From Actinomycetota bacterium (GTDB taxonomy: Bacteria > Actinomycetota > Actinomycetes > JAKEEW01), in NCBI GenBank assembly GCA_046725875.1, contig JBKOZJ010000057.1, positions 1 through 33,222 on the forward strand: a stretch of DNA of 33,222 nucleotides, in the 5' to 3' direction. Position 1 is the stretch's first letter. Each line of letters starts with the position of its first letter. The notes below the pieces were generated by a model, which saw nothing but the letters and a program-made list of their open reading frames with translations, was not told the DNA's origin and did not search any database. Made by a program: the position numbers and the translations under genes. Shown in pieces: positions 1 through 9,433 of the stretch.

Positions 1-773
1 GGCTCGCCCTCCTCGATGACCGGCACGACGATCAGCTCCACGTCCGCAAGCGTTCCGTCCCTGCGGGCTCGCTGGGTGATCGCGTGAAAGCGTCCCGCCC
101 GTAGAACGTCTTCGTAGCTCACGGCCTCGCTGCGCAAGTCCGCTCGGGTGACGACCAGGTCGTCGAGCTTGCGCCCGATCGCCTCGTCGCTTGAGTAGCC
201 GAAGAGCTCCTCGGCAGCCAGGTTCCAGGACGTCACTCTGCCGTGCCGATCGACGGTGACGATCGCCGTCGGGTTGATCTCGACCAGCGACTCGACGTAC
301 TGCTTCTGTCGTCGAAGCTCCTCCTCGCTGCGGCGCAGTGCCTCCGCCAACTGCCTCTGCTCGGTAATGTCGAGGAGGAAGCCGTGCAAATAGGCGGGCT
401 GGCCCGCCTCGTCGTGAATGACCGCCGCCTCGTCGTGGAACCAGTGCGTTGTCCCATCACGGGCGATCATCCGGTACTCCGCCCGGAACGGCTCCTCGGT
501 GTCCCGGGCGCGCCGGTAATCGGCCAGGATCCGGTCGCGGTCTTCAGGGTGCAGGATCTTCGCATACAGGTTCTTGTCGGAGATCCATTCCTCGACGGAG
601 TAGCCGAGCTCGGACTCGAGCCGTGGGCTGGTGTAAACGTTGGATGCGGTCTCGTCCAACCGATCGATGTAGACGGTGACCGGGACGTGCTCGATGAGCG
701 CGCGGAGCGTTGCCTCGTCCAGAATCAGGGGTCCAGAGGGGTCGGACTCATCGGCTCGATCATTGTCAGGCAT
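1..773 (-). CDS. Multi-PAS/PAC sensor protein, 5' part (runs off window; output domain not visible)
   Basis: Manual translation from ATG 773 (GGAGG upstream): MPDNDRADESDPSGPLILDEATLRALIEHVPVTVY...ILHPEDRDRILADY...EYRMIARDGTTHWFHDEA...LHGFLLDITEQRQLAEALRRSEEELRRQKQYVESLVEINPTAIVTVDRHGRVTSWNLAAEELFGYS; two PAS motifs and a DITE linker. Missing from ORF track because it has no stop in the window. Confidence 0.9.
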   Translation of the reverse strand, partial: MPDNDRADESDPSGPLILDEATLRALIEHVPVTVYIDRLDETASNVYTSPRLESELGYSVEEWISDKNLYAKILHPEDRDRILADYRRARDTEEPFRAEYRMIARDGTTHWFHDEAAVIHDEAGQPAYLHGFLLDITEQRQLAEALRRSEEELRRQKQYVESLVEINPTAIVTVDRHGRVTSWNLAAEELFGYSSDEAIGRKLDDLVVTRADLRSEAVSYEDVLRAGRFHAITQRARRDGTLADVELIVVPVIEEGE

Positions 774-891
774 TCCTCGTGCCTCCTGCCGGTTCGCAGA
801 AATGATCGGAAACCGGCAATCAGGAACGAAAGGTGGCGATCGATCCGACGGCGTGTCTTGAGGGCCAGGGGAACCAAGATGGGTGCCGAGA

Positions 892-1026
892 ACCGGTCGC
901 CCTGTTTCTCTCCAATCGCAGCCTCCTTACGCATTCTGGGTGGCCTGGGGGGGAGGCGTCTAGATGCCTTAGGGAGGCCGGTCTGGAGATCTAGTCTGGT
1001 GGAAGGTGAGGTCGGAGGCGACCGGT
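892..1026 (+). promoter_or_regulatory. Structured leader occluding the SD/start codon of the ferredoxin
   Basis: ACCGGTCGCC (892-901) is complementary to GGCGACCGGT (1017-1026); inner stem 921-946/954-978 with several G-U pairs on the + strand. Confidence 0.5.
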
Positions 1027-1345
1027 GAGCGAGTACGTGCGCGTTTGCGCCGTTGACGACGTCTCTGAGGAGGGCGCACTTGCGGTGGTCATCGACGACA
1101 CGCCCGTCGCCATCGTTCGCAGCGGCGGTCAGCTGTATGCGATCGAGGACGTGTGCTCGCACGAGAATGTGGCGCTCTCCGAGGGGGAGGTCGAGAGGGG
1201 CACGATCGAATGCTGGCTCCACGGTTCTCGCTTCGATCTGAAGAGTGGCCGGGCCATCGGCCCACCGGCGACCGAGCCGGTGCCGACCTTTCCGGTCAAG
1301 ATCGACGGCGGTGATGTTTGGCTCGCGATACACGAGAGCGCCTGA
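1025..1345 (+). CDS. Rieske [2Fe-2S] ferredoxin (non-heme iron oxygenase ferredoxin subunit type)
   Basis: CSH...CWLHGSRFDL Rieske motifs; GGAGG at 1014-1018 before GTG. Confidence 0.93.
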   Translation: MSEYVRVCAVDDVSEEGALAVVIDDTPVAIVRSGGQLYAIEDVCSHENVALSEGEVERGTIECWLHGSRFDLKSGRAIGPPATEPVPTFPVKIDGGDVWLAIHESA

Positions 1346-1376
1346 GCGATCTCCCCTCCGTACAGCCTGGTTGATG

Positions 1377-1453
1377 CAGCCGCCGAATAGCTAGCGCCAC
1401 CCGTAAAGATCTCACTGAAGCAAGATCGGTCGGTGGCGTGGCAAGGTTGGCTG
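1377..1453. terminator. Imperfect hairpin downstream of ferredoxin
   Basis: CAGCC/GGCTG, GCGCCACC/GGTGGCGT and GATCT/AGATC nested arms. Confidence 0.35.
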
Positions 1454-1532
1454 AAGGAGCTTGCCAGTAGTGGAGTTTGAGCGCGCGACTGAGCGCCTCC
1501 TCCGGGGCGCCGCTAGCCACCGCTGAACCGGC

Positions 1533-1571
1533 ACCCGCGCGGCGTGCTCCCAACACGCTTCGGCGGCGTGC
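1533..1571 (-). repeat. Degenerate tRNA-Ser 3'-half copy (oldest att relic)
   Basis: ACCCGCG...CCCAACACGCTT..GCGTGC aligns with the intact tRNA gene (18049-18088); followed by the same spaced motifs as the other att copies. Confidence 0.6.
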
Positions 1572-1781
1572 ACCGCTCCGTTCGGGCCGGTCAGCCGGCG
1601 TCCGTGACCAGGAACAATGGCCGCGGCTGATCCGGGTGGTGGTACCGCCAACAACTCGTAGTTGAGGCCGCCGAATGAGACTACGGGAAACACGAGGTGG
1701 CCGCGTGTCGGCTGCCAAGACTGACGTTTTGTCTGGTCAGCGTGGCGGAGGATGCGGGATTCGAACCCGCGAGGGGTCGCC
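1549..1781. mobile_element. 233-bp miniature att-only element between tRNA-Ser fragments
   Basis: Contains both end motifs of the larger units (CGTTC/GTCCGTGACCA at 1579-1610; CGAATGAGACTACGG at 1672-1686) and no credible ORF. Confidence 0.5.
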
Positions 1782-1804
1782 CCCAACACGCTTTCCAAAT
1801 GTGC
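1743..1804 (-). repeat. tRNA-Ser(GGA) 3'-half direct repeat (att site)
   Basis: TGGCGGAGGATGCGGGATTCGAACCCGCGAGGG...CCCAACACGCTTTCCAA matches the intact tRNA from CCA to the anticodon loop; variable arm differs. Confidence 0.92.
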
Positions 1805-2215
1805 ATCTCGGCGTTCACGCCAGGCCAGAGCGCGCCCGGCGCCGCTAGGGAGGATGACGCGTGTCGCAGGATCCCCGGGATGCGATGCATCCCGATCGCG
1901 CCGACCCGGGCTCGCCGGGGTCGGTTCAGCTTCGGCCAGTCTCATTCCCGTGGACGCGCCGACGCGCAGTGTTCGCCATTACCGCAACGTCTTTGCAAGC
2001 TCGGCTCTGAACAACTCCCGAGGATCTCATCAGGTCGACCGCTTAGCAGCACATCGGTCATCCGGGCGACTTAGCACGGGCAGTTCGGACAGGCGGGGGC
2101 CAGGCTCGAAATCGGCCGGTCGGTTGGCGATCGGGAGATGGTGAGCTTACTAGCGGACAATTCTGCGGCCCCCCGACCGCAGGCCTTGCGGCAGCGTTCC
2201 ACATACTTCGATAAG

Positions 2216-2989
2216 TCATTCTGCATCGTCTTGCGCATGGTCGCCGACGGACACTTTGGCCCGCCTCCGTGTCGTCCCCTCGAACACGGTGAATCGGGAG
2301 TGTCGCTCGGCGCTGACCTCCTGTTCCAGGTACTCCAGCAGATCAACGATGCCTGCCTGGACCGCACCGAGCCGCGCTCGCGTCCGTTGGGAGAGCTGTC
2401 CAACCGTCTTCGCTGCACGCAGCACTGCTAGTGCCCCCTCCACCTGAAGGTCACGCGCCAAGCCATCATCTAACCTGCGCATGAAGTCGATTAGCGGGAC
2501 CGTGTCCGGGAAGCCGTACTCCCCCTCCCGCCATACGATGATGGCTTGGCCGAGCGCGAGCTGTTGCGTTCGGAAGAAACACCATTCATCCAGGCCGCCG
2601 CGGTCGGTGGCAAACACCTCGCGAATGGCCTGAATTTTAGTAACTACGGCACCGTCCGCCCCGAAGGGTGTGAATCGAAGTAGCACCTGCTCTAACGCAA
2701 AATAGCGTGCCGCAAGATACAGCGTTTCGTCCGCATACCTTCCGTCTGGATATTTATTCCGCAGGGGCGCAAGTCCACCACCGCTGAGCAGGTTATAAAG
2801 CCGGCTCTGAAAATCCTCCGCCGCGAACAAAAACGGGTTGACATACAGCGCATCGACGCGGTTACGTTCAATACGCCGGTCCTTGCCGCGCTCAGCGGCC
2901 CACTTCCATACACTCCAAATCGCAGTAGCTGTCGCGGTGGCAATCGTGACGATGAGAGTTGCCCACTCGGCCTTCATGCGTGCGATCAT
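2216..2989 (-). CDS. Hypothetical protein with N-terminal transmembrane helix
   Basis: 257-aa ORF (start may be MKAEW), hydrophobic N-terminus ATLIVTIATATATAIWSVWKW, globular-looking body (YVNPFLFAAEDFQSRLYNLL), visibly AT-richer than flanks. Confidence 0.8.
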   Translation of the reverse strand: MIARMKAEWATLIVTIATATATAIWSVWKWAAERGKDRRIERNRVDALYVNPFLFAAEDFQSRLYNLLSGGGLAPLRNKYPDGRYADETLYLAARYFALEQVLLRFTPFGADGAVVTKIQAIREVFATDRGGLDEWCFFRTQQLALGQAIIVWREGEYGFPDTVPLIDFMRRLDDGLARDLQVEGALAVLRAAKTVGQLSQRTRARLGAVQAGIVDLLEYLEQEVSAERHSRFTVFEGTTRRRAKVSVGDHAQDDAE

Positions 2990-3584
2990 GTCATCGCGCA
3001 GACTCGCGCACGCCCGATTTCTGACACTGAGGACGGGCTCCCGGACGCGACCTCAGCGCTGGGCCTAACGTCATGGCGATGCAGGATGGCATCCAATGCG
3101 GGCCCTGGTGCTGCCGGTCAGTGACGCCTCCGGTTGCCGAACGGCCAGGCTGGCGTAGGCGTTCTCCCGTCCGGCCGGTGCTCTCGCCAGGCCAGGGGAC
3201 CGCTCGAGCGTAAGCCCAGGGGTGATCATCGAACTATACGCGGCTGCGGACGAACCGTTGCACGACCGGAGCGACCGGGGAGCACAGGCGGATATGTAGG
3301 GAAGGAGCCGGCCGGACGGCGTTCGGAGATCTGGCTCACCGACGGTTGTCCTTTTGATCGGCTTCCGGATCTGGATCCGGCGCATCGCAAGTCACTCTCG
3401 TTGATCTCAGGCCGCGCGAGGGCGGGACCTCCACCCGTCAGACAATGGCTCGCCGGAGATCGTCGGTCATGCGGCAAGCGCTGGCACGGGCCGGCCGATG
3501 TAGTTGCGCGGCGAGGTGCGCCGCTACGTGCTCGAACGGTTCGACCCGACGAGCTTGTACCGGGGGCCGGGTGAATCAGGCTCG

Positions 3585-3675
3585 AAGACAGATCGAAGAA
3601 GAGCTCCAGAGGTGTGACTCGCTGTTCGGGTTCGGTACCTCGATCCCTTAGAGGAACCCTCGGCACCCTGCTCAC
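3585..3675 (-). pseudogene. ltrA: 5' stub of an LtrA-family gene
   Basis: GTG overlapping the CMD stop gives VSRVPRVPLRDRGTEPEQRVTPLELFFDL then loses frame; same motif as intact ltrA at 25.3 kb (EQRVTTLELFFDLVFVF). Confidence 0.75.
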
Positions 3676-3998
3676 CGTTCGGTCTCGGCGAAGACGTCCC
3701 GGGCGATGGCGACGGCGGCGTTGGCAGTCGGCCACCCTGCGTAGAAGGCGAGATGCGTGATGAGCTCGATCAGCTCGTCCCTGGTGACGCCGTTTTCGAG
3801 CGCGAGCCTCAGGTGGAACGGCAGCTCGTTCGTCCGATACAACGCGGCGAGCGTCGCGACGGTGATGAGGCTCCGGTCCCGCGGCGACAGGCCGGGCCGC
3901 TTCCACACGTCGCCGAAGAGGACGTCGTCGGTGTACTCGCCGAGCGCGGGCGCGATGTCGCCGTACGCCTCGCGTCCGGCCGTTTCTTTTCTCGCCAT
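3672..3998 (-). CDS. Carboxymuconolactone decarboxylase (CMD) family protein
   Basis: True start ATG 3998 after GGAGG; DDVLFGDVWKRPGLSPRDRSLITVA...ELITHLAFYAGWP. Confidence 0.92.
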   Translation of the reverse strand: MARKETAGREAYGDIAPALGEYTDDVLFGDVWKRPGLSPRDRSLITVATLAALYRTNELPFHLRLALENGVTRDELIELITHLAFYAGWPTANAAVAIARDVFAETER

Positions 3999-4014
3999 CT
4001 CGTTGACCTCCCTA

Positions 4015-5028
<1,014 letters not shown>

Positions 5029-5095
5029 CTATCGTCCTCCTGCCTGAAGATAGTGGGGCCGACGTGCGAGCGATGGCCGCGGCCACGGCGGAGCT

Positions 5096-5473
5096 TCAGC
5101 TGCGCGGCACGAGTCTGATCGTCACGTCCTCGGCCTGGGGGCCAACGACGGGTCCCACGAACTGTGGTCCGTAGATGTCGTACTTCGTGTGGTAGGCGGC
5201 GTCGATGCTCGCGTGCACGCCGGCAGCGGCCTCGGCGAACGTAACGTCTCGCGCCACGCCGCCGGCTCGGATCCGACCGGTGCCGCTGGCCTTCGCGCGG
5301 CGGAACCACGGGCTGTCCGGGCCGTGGGCCGACCGGACGTACAGCTCGTCGCCGACCCGGACGACCCACATCGTCACGTACGGGCGCAGCGTTCCGTCCG
5401 GGCGTGTCGAGGCGAGCTGCAGCTCGGTCGCATCGCCGATCGAGGACAGCTCCTCCTCGGTCCATGCGGTCGT
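5096..5473 (-). CDS. DUF2255-family protein; expected start codon reads ACG
   Basis: xTAWTEEELSSIGDATELQLASTRPDGTLRPYVTMWVVRVGDELYVRSAHG...AAYHTKY; GGAGG 7 nt before ACG at 5471-5473; in-frame stop just upstream at 5498-5500. Confidence 0.75.
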   Translation of the reverse strand, partial: TTAWTEEELSSIGDATELQLASTRPDGTLRPYVTMWVVRVGDELYVRSAHGPDSPWFRRAKASGTGRIRAGGVARDVTFAEAAAGVHASIDAAYHTKYDIYGPQFVGPVVGPQAEDVTIRLVPRS

Positions 5474-5486
5474 CGGCGCACCTCCA

Positions 5487-5522
5487 TCAGCGCTCGATCA
5501 GGTTGTTGATCGCCTGGCCCAT
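5487..5522 (-). pseudogene. 11-codon mini-ORF MGQAINNLIER, probable internally deleted gene
   Basis: Strong RBS (GGAAGGAAGGG) upstream; stop abuts the next gene's SD. Confidence 0.4.
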
Positions 5523-5548
5523 GCCGTGTCCCTTCCTTCCCCGTTGGC

Positions 5549-6565
5549 TCACGGCCAGAGCAGCGCCTTGATGGCGCGACGCTCGTCCATCGCGCGGTAG
5601 CCCTCGGCGGCCTGGTCGAGCGGCAGGGACAGGTCGAAGACCTTGCCGGGGTCGATCTCGCGGTTCCAGATGAGGTCGACCAGCTGGGGCAGGAAGCGGC
5701 GCACCGGCGCGGGACCGCCGTGCAGCTGGACATGGGAGAAGAACAGTTCGTCGCCGGGCAGCTCGACGTCATGGAGGACCCCGACATAGCCGACGTGCCC
5801 GCCCGGCCGGGTGGAGCGGATGGCCTGCATCATCGACTCCTGGGTGCCGACCGCCTCGAGCACCGAGTGGGCGCCGAGCGCGCCGGTGAGCTCCTTGATC
5901 CTCGCCACGCCCGCGTCCCCTCGCTCCTCGACGATGTCGGTCGCGCCGAACTCCAGGGCGAGCTTCTGCCGCGGCTGGTGGCGGCTCATGGCGATGATCC
6001 GCTCCGCGCCCAGGTGCCGTGCGGCCATCACCGCGAGCAGGCCGACCGCGCCGTCGCCGACCACGGCGACGGTCTTGCCGGGGCCGGCCTCGGCGGCCAC
6101 GGCGCCGAACCAGCCGGTGCCGAGCACGTCGGAGGCGGCGAGGAAGCTCGGGATCAGGTCTGCCGGAGGCAGGTCGGGGGTGGCGACGAGGGTGCCGTCG
6201 GCCAGCGGCACGCGCATCCGCTCGCCTTGTGCGCCACCGACGAGCTCGCGGTGAATGCACGAGCTCTGGTAGCCGGTCAGGCAGATCTCGCAGGTGCCAT
6301 CCGAGGCGAAAAACGAGCCGACCACGAACTGACCGGGCTTGATCGTGCGAACGGCGCTGCCAACCTCCTCGACGATGCCGACGTACTCGTGACCCATCGG
6401 GGTGGGCCCCTCGAACGCCTCAATGCCCCGGTAGGGCCACAGATCCGAGCCGCAGACACAAGTCGCCGACAGTCGGATGATCGCGTCCGTCGGCTCGAGG
6501 ACCTTCGGGTCGTCACGAGCCTCGACGCGAACGTCGCCGGGAGCGTACATGACAGCTCCTCGCAT
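5549..6565 (-). CDS. Zinc-dependent alcohol dehydrogenase family protein
   Basis: CVCGSDLW, MGHEYVGIVEEVG, AVVGDGAVG motifs; AGGAG RBS. Confidence 0.95.
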   Translation of the reverse strand: MRGAVMYAPGDVRVEARDDPKVLEPTDAIIRLSATCVCGSDLWPYRGIEAFEGPTPMGHEYVGIVEEVGSAVRTIKPGQFVVGSFFASDGTCEICLTGYQSSCIHRELVGGAQGERMRVPLADGTLVATPDLPPADLIPSFLAASDVLGTGWFGAVAAEAGPGKTVAVVGDGAVGLLAVMAARHLGAERIIAMSRHQPRQKLALEFGATDIVEERGDAGVARIKELTGALGAHSVLEAVGTQESMMQAIRSTRPGGHVGYVGVLHDVELPGDELFFSHVQLHGGPAPVRRFLPQLVDLIWNREIDPGKVFDLSLPLDQAAEGYRAMDERRAIKALLWP

Positions 6566-6637
6566 CGTGGTCTCCTCCTGTCGGGGTCTTCATCTCGTGC
6601 CCTGTCGATGAAAGCACCGGATCCCGGGGAGTGAGAG

Positions 6638-6670
6638 TCCCTGTTGAGAGGGGTACTGACGGGGTCTCCC
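6638..6670. promoter_or_regulatory. Putative operator/divergent promoter between ADH operon and MmyB-like regulator
   Basis: TCCCTGTTGAGAGGGGTACTGAC element; TACGCT -10-like hexamer at 6690-6695 shortly before GTG 6705. Confidence 0.35.
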
Positions 6671-6704
6671 AGACGGCCGCGAGCGGTCCTACGCTGTGTG
6701 ATCA

Positions 6705-7592
6705 GTGGACACGCGAAGCGAGATCCGAGAGTTCTTGACCTCCCGCCGGGCGAAGATCACCCCGGAGCAGGCGGGGCTGACCTCCTACGGCAGCCGCCGC
6801 GTCCCCGGGTTGCGCCGCGAGGAGGTCGCCGTCCTGGCCGGTGTCAGCGTCCCGTACTACACCCGGATCGAGCGCGGAGACATGAGGGGGGTCTCCGACA
6901 GCGTGCTGGAAGCGCTCGCCCGCGCCCTGCACCTCGACGAGGCGGAGCGCGCACACCTGTTCGATCTAGCCGTCGCCGTGCGGCCAACGAGTTCGCCGCG
7001 ACCTCAACGAGCGCCCAAGAAGCGCGCGCGGCCAAGCATCCAACACATCCTCGACGGGCTCACCGGCGCAGCTGCGTTCGTTCACAACGCGCGCCTGGAC
7101 AACCTGGCCGCCAACCAGCTCGGCCGCGCCCTCTACTCCGGCATGTTCAGCCGGGCCGCCGGCCCCGGTCCCGCAAACAGCGCCCGTTACGTCTTCCTCG
7201 ACCCCGGCGCCCGGGAGTTCTACGCCGACTGGGAGCGTGCGGCCAGTGACGTGGTCGCCATTCTGCGGACAGCAGCCGGCCGCGACCCCTACGACCGTGA
7301 CCTCTCAGACCTGGTGGGCGAGCTGTCCACCCAGAGCGCCGAGTTCCGCACCCGCTGGGCCGCCCACAATGTCCGCTTCCACGACACCGGCAGCAAGGAC
7401 TTTCACCACCCCGTCGTCGGCGACATCAGCCTCACCTACAACCGCATGGAGCTCGCTGCCGACCCCGGACTTGCGCTTACGATCTACACAGCGGAACCCA
7501 ACTCCAAGTCCGCAGAGGCGCTCGCCATCCTTGGAAGCTGGGCCGCGACGACTGAACAGCCAGAGCTACACGAAGCGCCAGACCATCCGTAG
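6705..7592 (+). CDS. XRE-family HTH regulator with MmyB-like ligand-binding domain
   Basis: EIREFLTSRRAKITPEQAGL, RRVPGLRREEVAVLAGVS, LVGELSTQSAEFRTRWAAHNV, FHHPVVG. Confidence 0.95.
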   Translation: MDTRSEIREFLTSRRAKITPEQAGLTSYGSRRVPGLRREEVAVLAGVSVPYYTRIERGDMRGVSDSVLEALARALHLDEAERAHLFDLAVAVRPTSSPRPQRAPKKRARPSIQHILDGLTGAAAFVHNARLDNLAANQLGRALYSGMFSRAAGPGPANSARYVFLDPGAREFYADWERAASDVVAILRTAAGRDPYDRDLSDLVGELSTQSAEFRTRWAAHNVRFHDTGSKDFHHPVVGDISLTYNRMELAADPGLALTIYTAEPNSKSAEALAILGSWAATTEQPELHEAPDHP

Positions 7593-8042
7593 GAGTCCGG
7601 CGACCCTGGTGCGCCTGGGGCTCTCACCTGCTTTGGCCCTTCGAGCGAGACCCAACCGGACCGCTGGTCTGGTGCCGCTTAGGACGACTCGCGAGTCTGT
7701 TGGTCCGCCGCCGGGCCGCGTCGTGGCAACTGACCTCGTCCTCGTCTGGAGCGGGCGCCAGATCAGGCGCCCGGTTGGCGTGCCGAGGGGGACCCTCGCG
7801 GCGCTCATGTGGGTCCATTCACTCAGGGCGAGGCGGAACCAATACGTGATCGACGTGATCCGACCGGACGTCGCGATGCGGGTCGGGGCCTTTGTGAGAC
7901 GCTGGCGAAACGCGCCCCAGCGATCGCAACGATGCCACCGCGGTGGCGCCCTTCGAGGCTGATCGAGACTCGAATGAGACTACGGAGTTTCACGGGCCCT
8001 GGTGTCGGACGGGCCTGAACTCGCATTACGCCCGGTCAGCGC

Positions 8043-8103
8043 GGCGGAGGATGCGGGATTCGAACCCGCGAGGGGTTGCCCCCAACACGCTTTCCAAGTG
8101 TGC
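8043..8103 (-). repeat. tRNA-Ser(GGA) 3'-half direct repeat (att site)
   Basis: GGCGGAGGATGCGGGATTCGAACCCGCGAGGGGTTGCCCCCAACACGCTTTCCAAG, near-identical to 1744-1798. Confidence 0.92.
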
Positions 8104-8145
8104 ACATCATCGTCCAGAACAGGCCGCGGCCGTCCATGACCATAG

Positions 8146-8832
8146 CTCCCGCCGGGAGAGCGGGTCGATTACGAGATGGTCGAGGGGGAACCATGGCAGG
8201 CCTTCAACGTCTACCGAGGGAACTTCGCCAGCCTCGTGCAAGTGAACCTGGACGTGCCGCACGATCGTGGACGTCGTCGCCACCGTCGCGCACGAGGCGT
8301 ACCCGGGACATCACACAGAGCGGGCCTGCAAGGAGATGCTCCTGTATCGAGGCAAGTCGCGGCTCGAGATGTCCGTGATGATCGCCTCAGCGCCGGAGGC
8401 GGTCATCGCTGAGGGGATCGCGACCAACGCGCTCGAGACGGCGCTCGGGGAGGAGGGTTTCGGGGTGCTGCTTGAGCTCGTTGGCGACCTGGGCTTCCCT
8501 GTCGACCCTGCGGTGGCCGAGGTCGTGTACCGGGAGGAACGGGCGTTGTTCGGGGCCGCCAGCAACGCAGCTCGCATGCTGCATGAGGACGGGATCATAC
8601 CGACGGAGGCTGAGTCGTATCTGCGGGAATGGGCCTGGACTCGCCGGAGCGCGCTGCCAAGACCGTATCGTTCCTCATGGATCCGGGTTCGTGGACGTAT
8701 GTCACTGCCTACAACGACGGGAAGCGTCTGTGCCGGTCGTTCATGGACCGGAACCCGGATGGGTTTAAGAGGTTGCTCAGCGAGCAGTTGACGGTGTCGT
8801 CGCTGCTGGGCTCGCGGAAGGCTTCCGGCTGA
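8146..8832 (+). pseudogene. 5'-truncated, twice-frameshifted DUF885-like putative metallopeptidase
   Basis: Three frames join: EMVEGEPWQAFNVYRGNFASLVQVNLDVP / DVVATVAHEAYPGHHTER...AEGIA / GLDSPERAAKTVSFLMDPGSWTYVTAYNDGKRL; HExxPGHH motif. Confidence 0.75.
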
Positions 8833-8992
8833 CGGCCTCGAACAGCGGCTCGGCGTAACGGACTCCCGTCTGGAGGGTGCCACAGACCTCGGACACGGAC
8901 GGACGCGCTCAGTGCAGGGCCGCCATGTCTCGGCCGATGACGCCGCGCTCGCGAGCCAGGCGCGAGCGCGGCGCCACACTGCGCCGAACCCC

Positions 8993-9391
8993 TCAACCGG
9001 GTGGAGCGAAGAACTCGAGCGCGATGCCGTCGGGGTCGCGGAAGCTCACATCCGAGCCGTAGTGCGCATCCTTGATCTCACCGTGCTCGATGCCGAGCTC
9101 GTCGAGTCGGAGCGCCCACTTCTTGAGCTCCGCTCGGTCCGCGCAGCCGAACGCCACGTGATCGAGCCCGACCCTGAACTCGCTGAACCTCTCGTCGGGC
9201 GCTGGCCTCGTGTGCTGGTGCAACCCGATGAGCGTGTTATTGCCTACGAGGTACCCGGTGTGGTGGAAGCCGCCGTCCGTGTCCTCGTCGATCACGGGCT
9301 CGGCATCGAAGAGCGCTCCGTACCACGGCACGCTGACCGCGAGGTTGCGTACCGTCAGAGCCACGTGGGTGAGCGGTGGGAACGGCTTCAT
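8993..9391 (-). CDS. VOC/glyoxalase family protein
   Basis: LTHVALTVRNL, VGLDHVAFGC, FRDPDGIALEFF; AGGAAGG RBS. Confidence 0.93.
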   Translation of the reverse strand: MKPFPPLTHVALTVRNLAVSVPWYGALFDAEPVIDEDTDGGFHHTGYLVGNNTLIGLHQHTRPAPDERFSEFRVGLDHVAFGCADRAELKKWALRLDELGIEHGEIKDAHYGSDVSFRDPDGIALEFFAPPG

Positions 9392-9433
9392 GCGTCGGTT
9401 CCTTCCTGTGCGTTGATGAGACGACGGGTCATC

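Noticed and set aside
243..1028. 261-aa plus-strand ORF
   Set aside because: Antisense shadow of the PAS gene; like most overlapping ORFs in the track it is a high-GC artefact with no motifs
1743..1804. Additional functional tRNA genes (also 8043-8103)
   Set aside because: Lack the 5' acceptor strand and D-arm; only 3' halves
3063..3069. GTTAGGC (minus) upstream of the 257-aa gene as an integron attC core
   Set aside because: No convincing inverse core or attC hairpin downstream of the gene, and no integron integrase
7593..7960. Integrase remnant at the expected position beside the att arm
   Set aside because: No tyrosine-recombinase HxxR or catalytic Tyr motif recognisable in the translated frames
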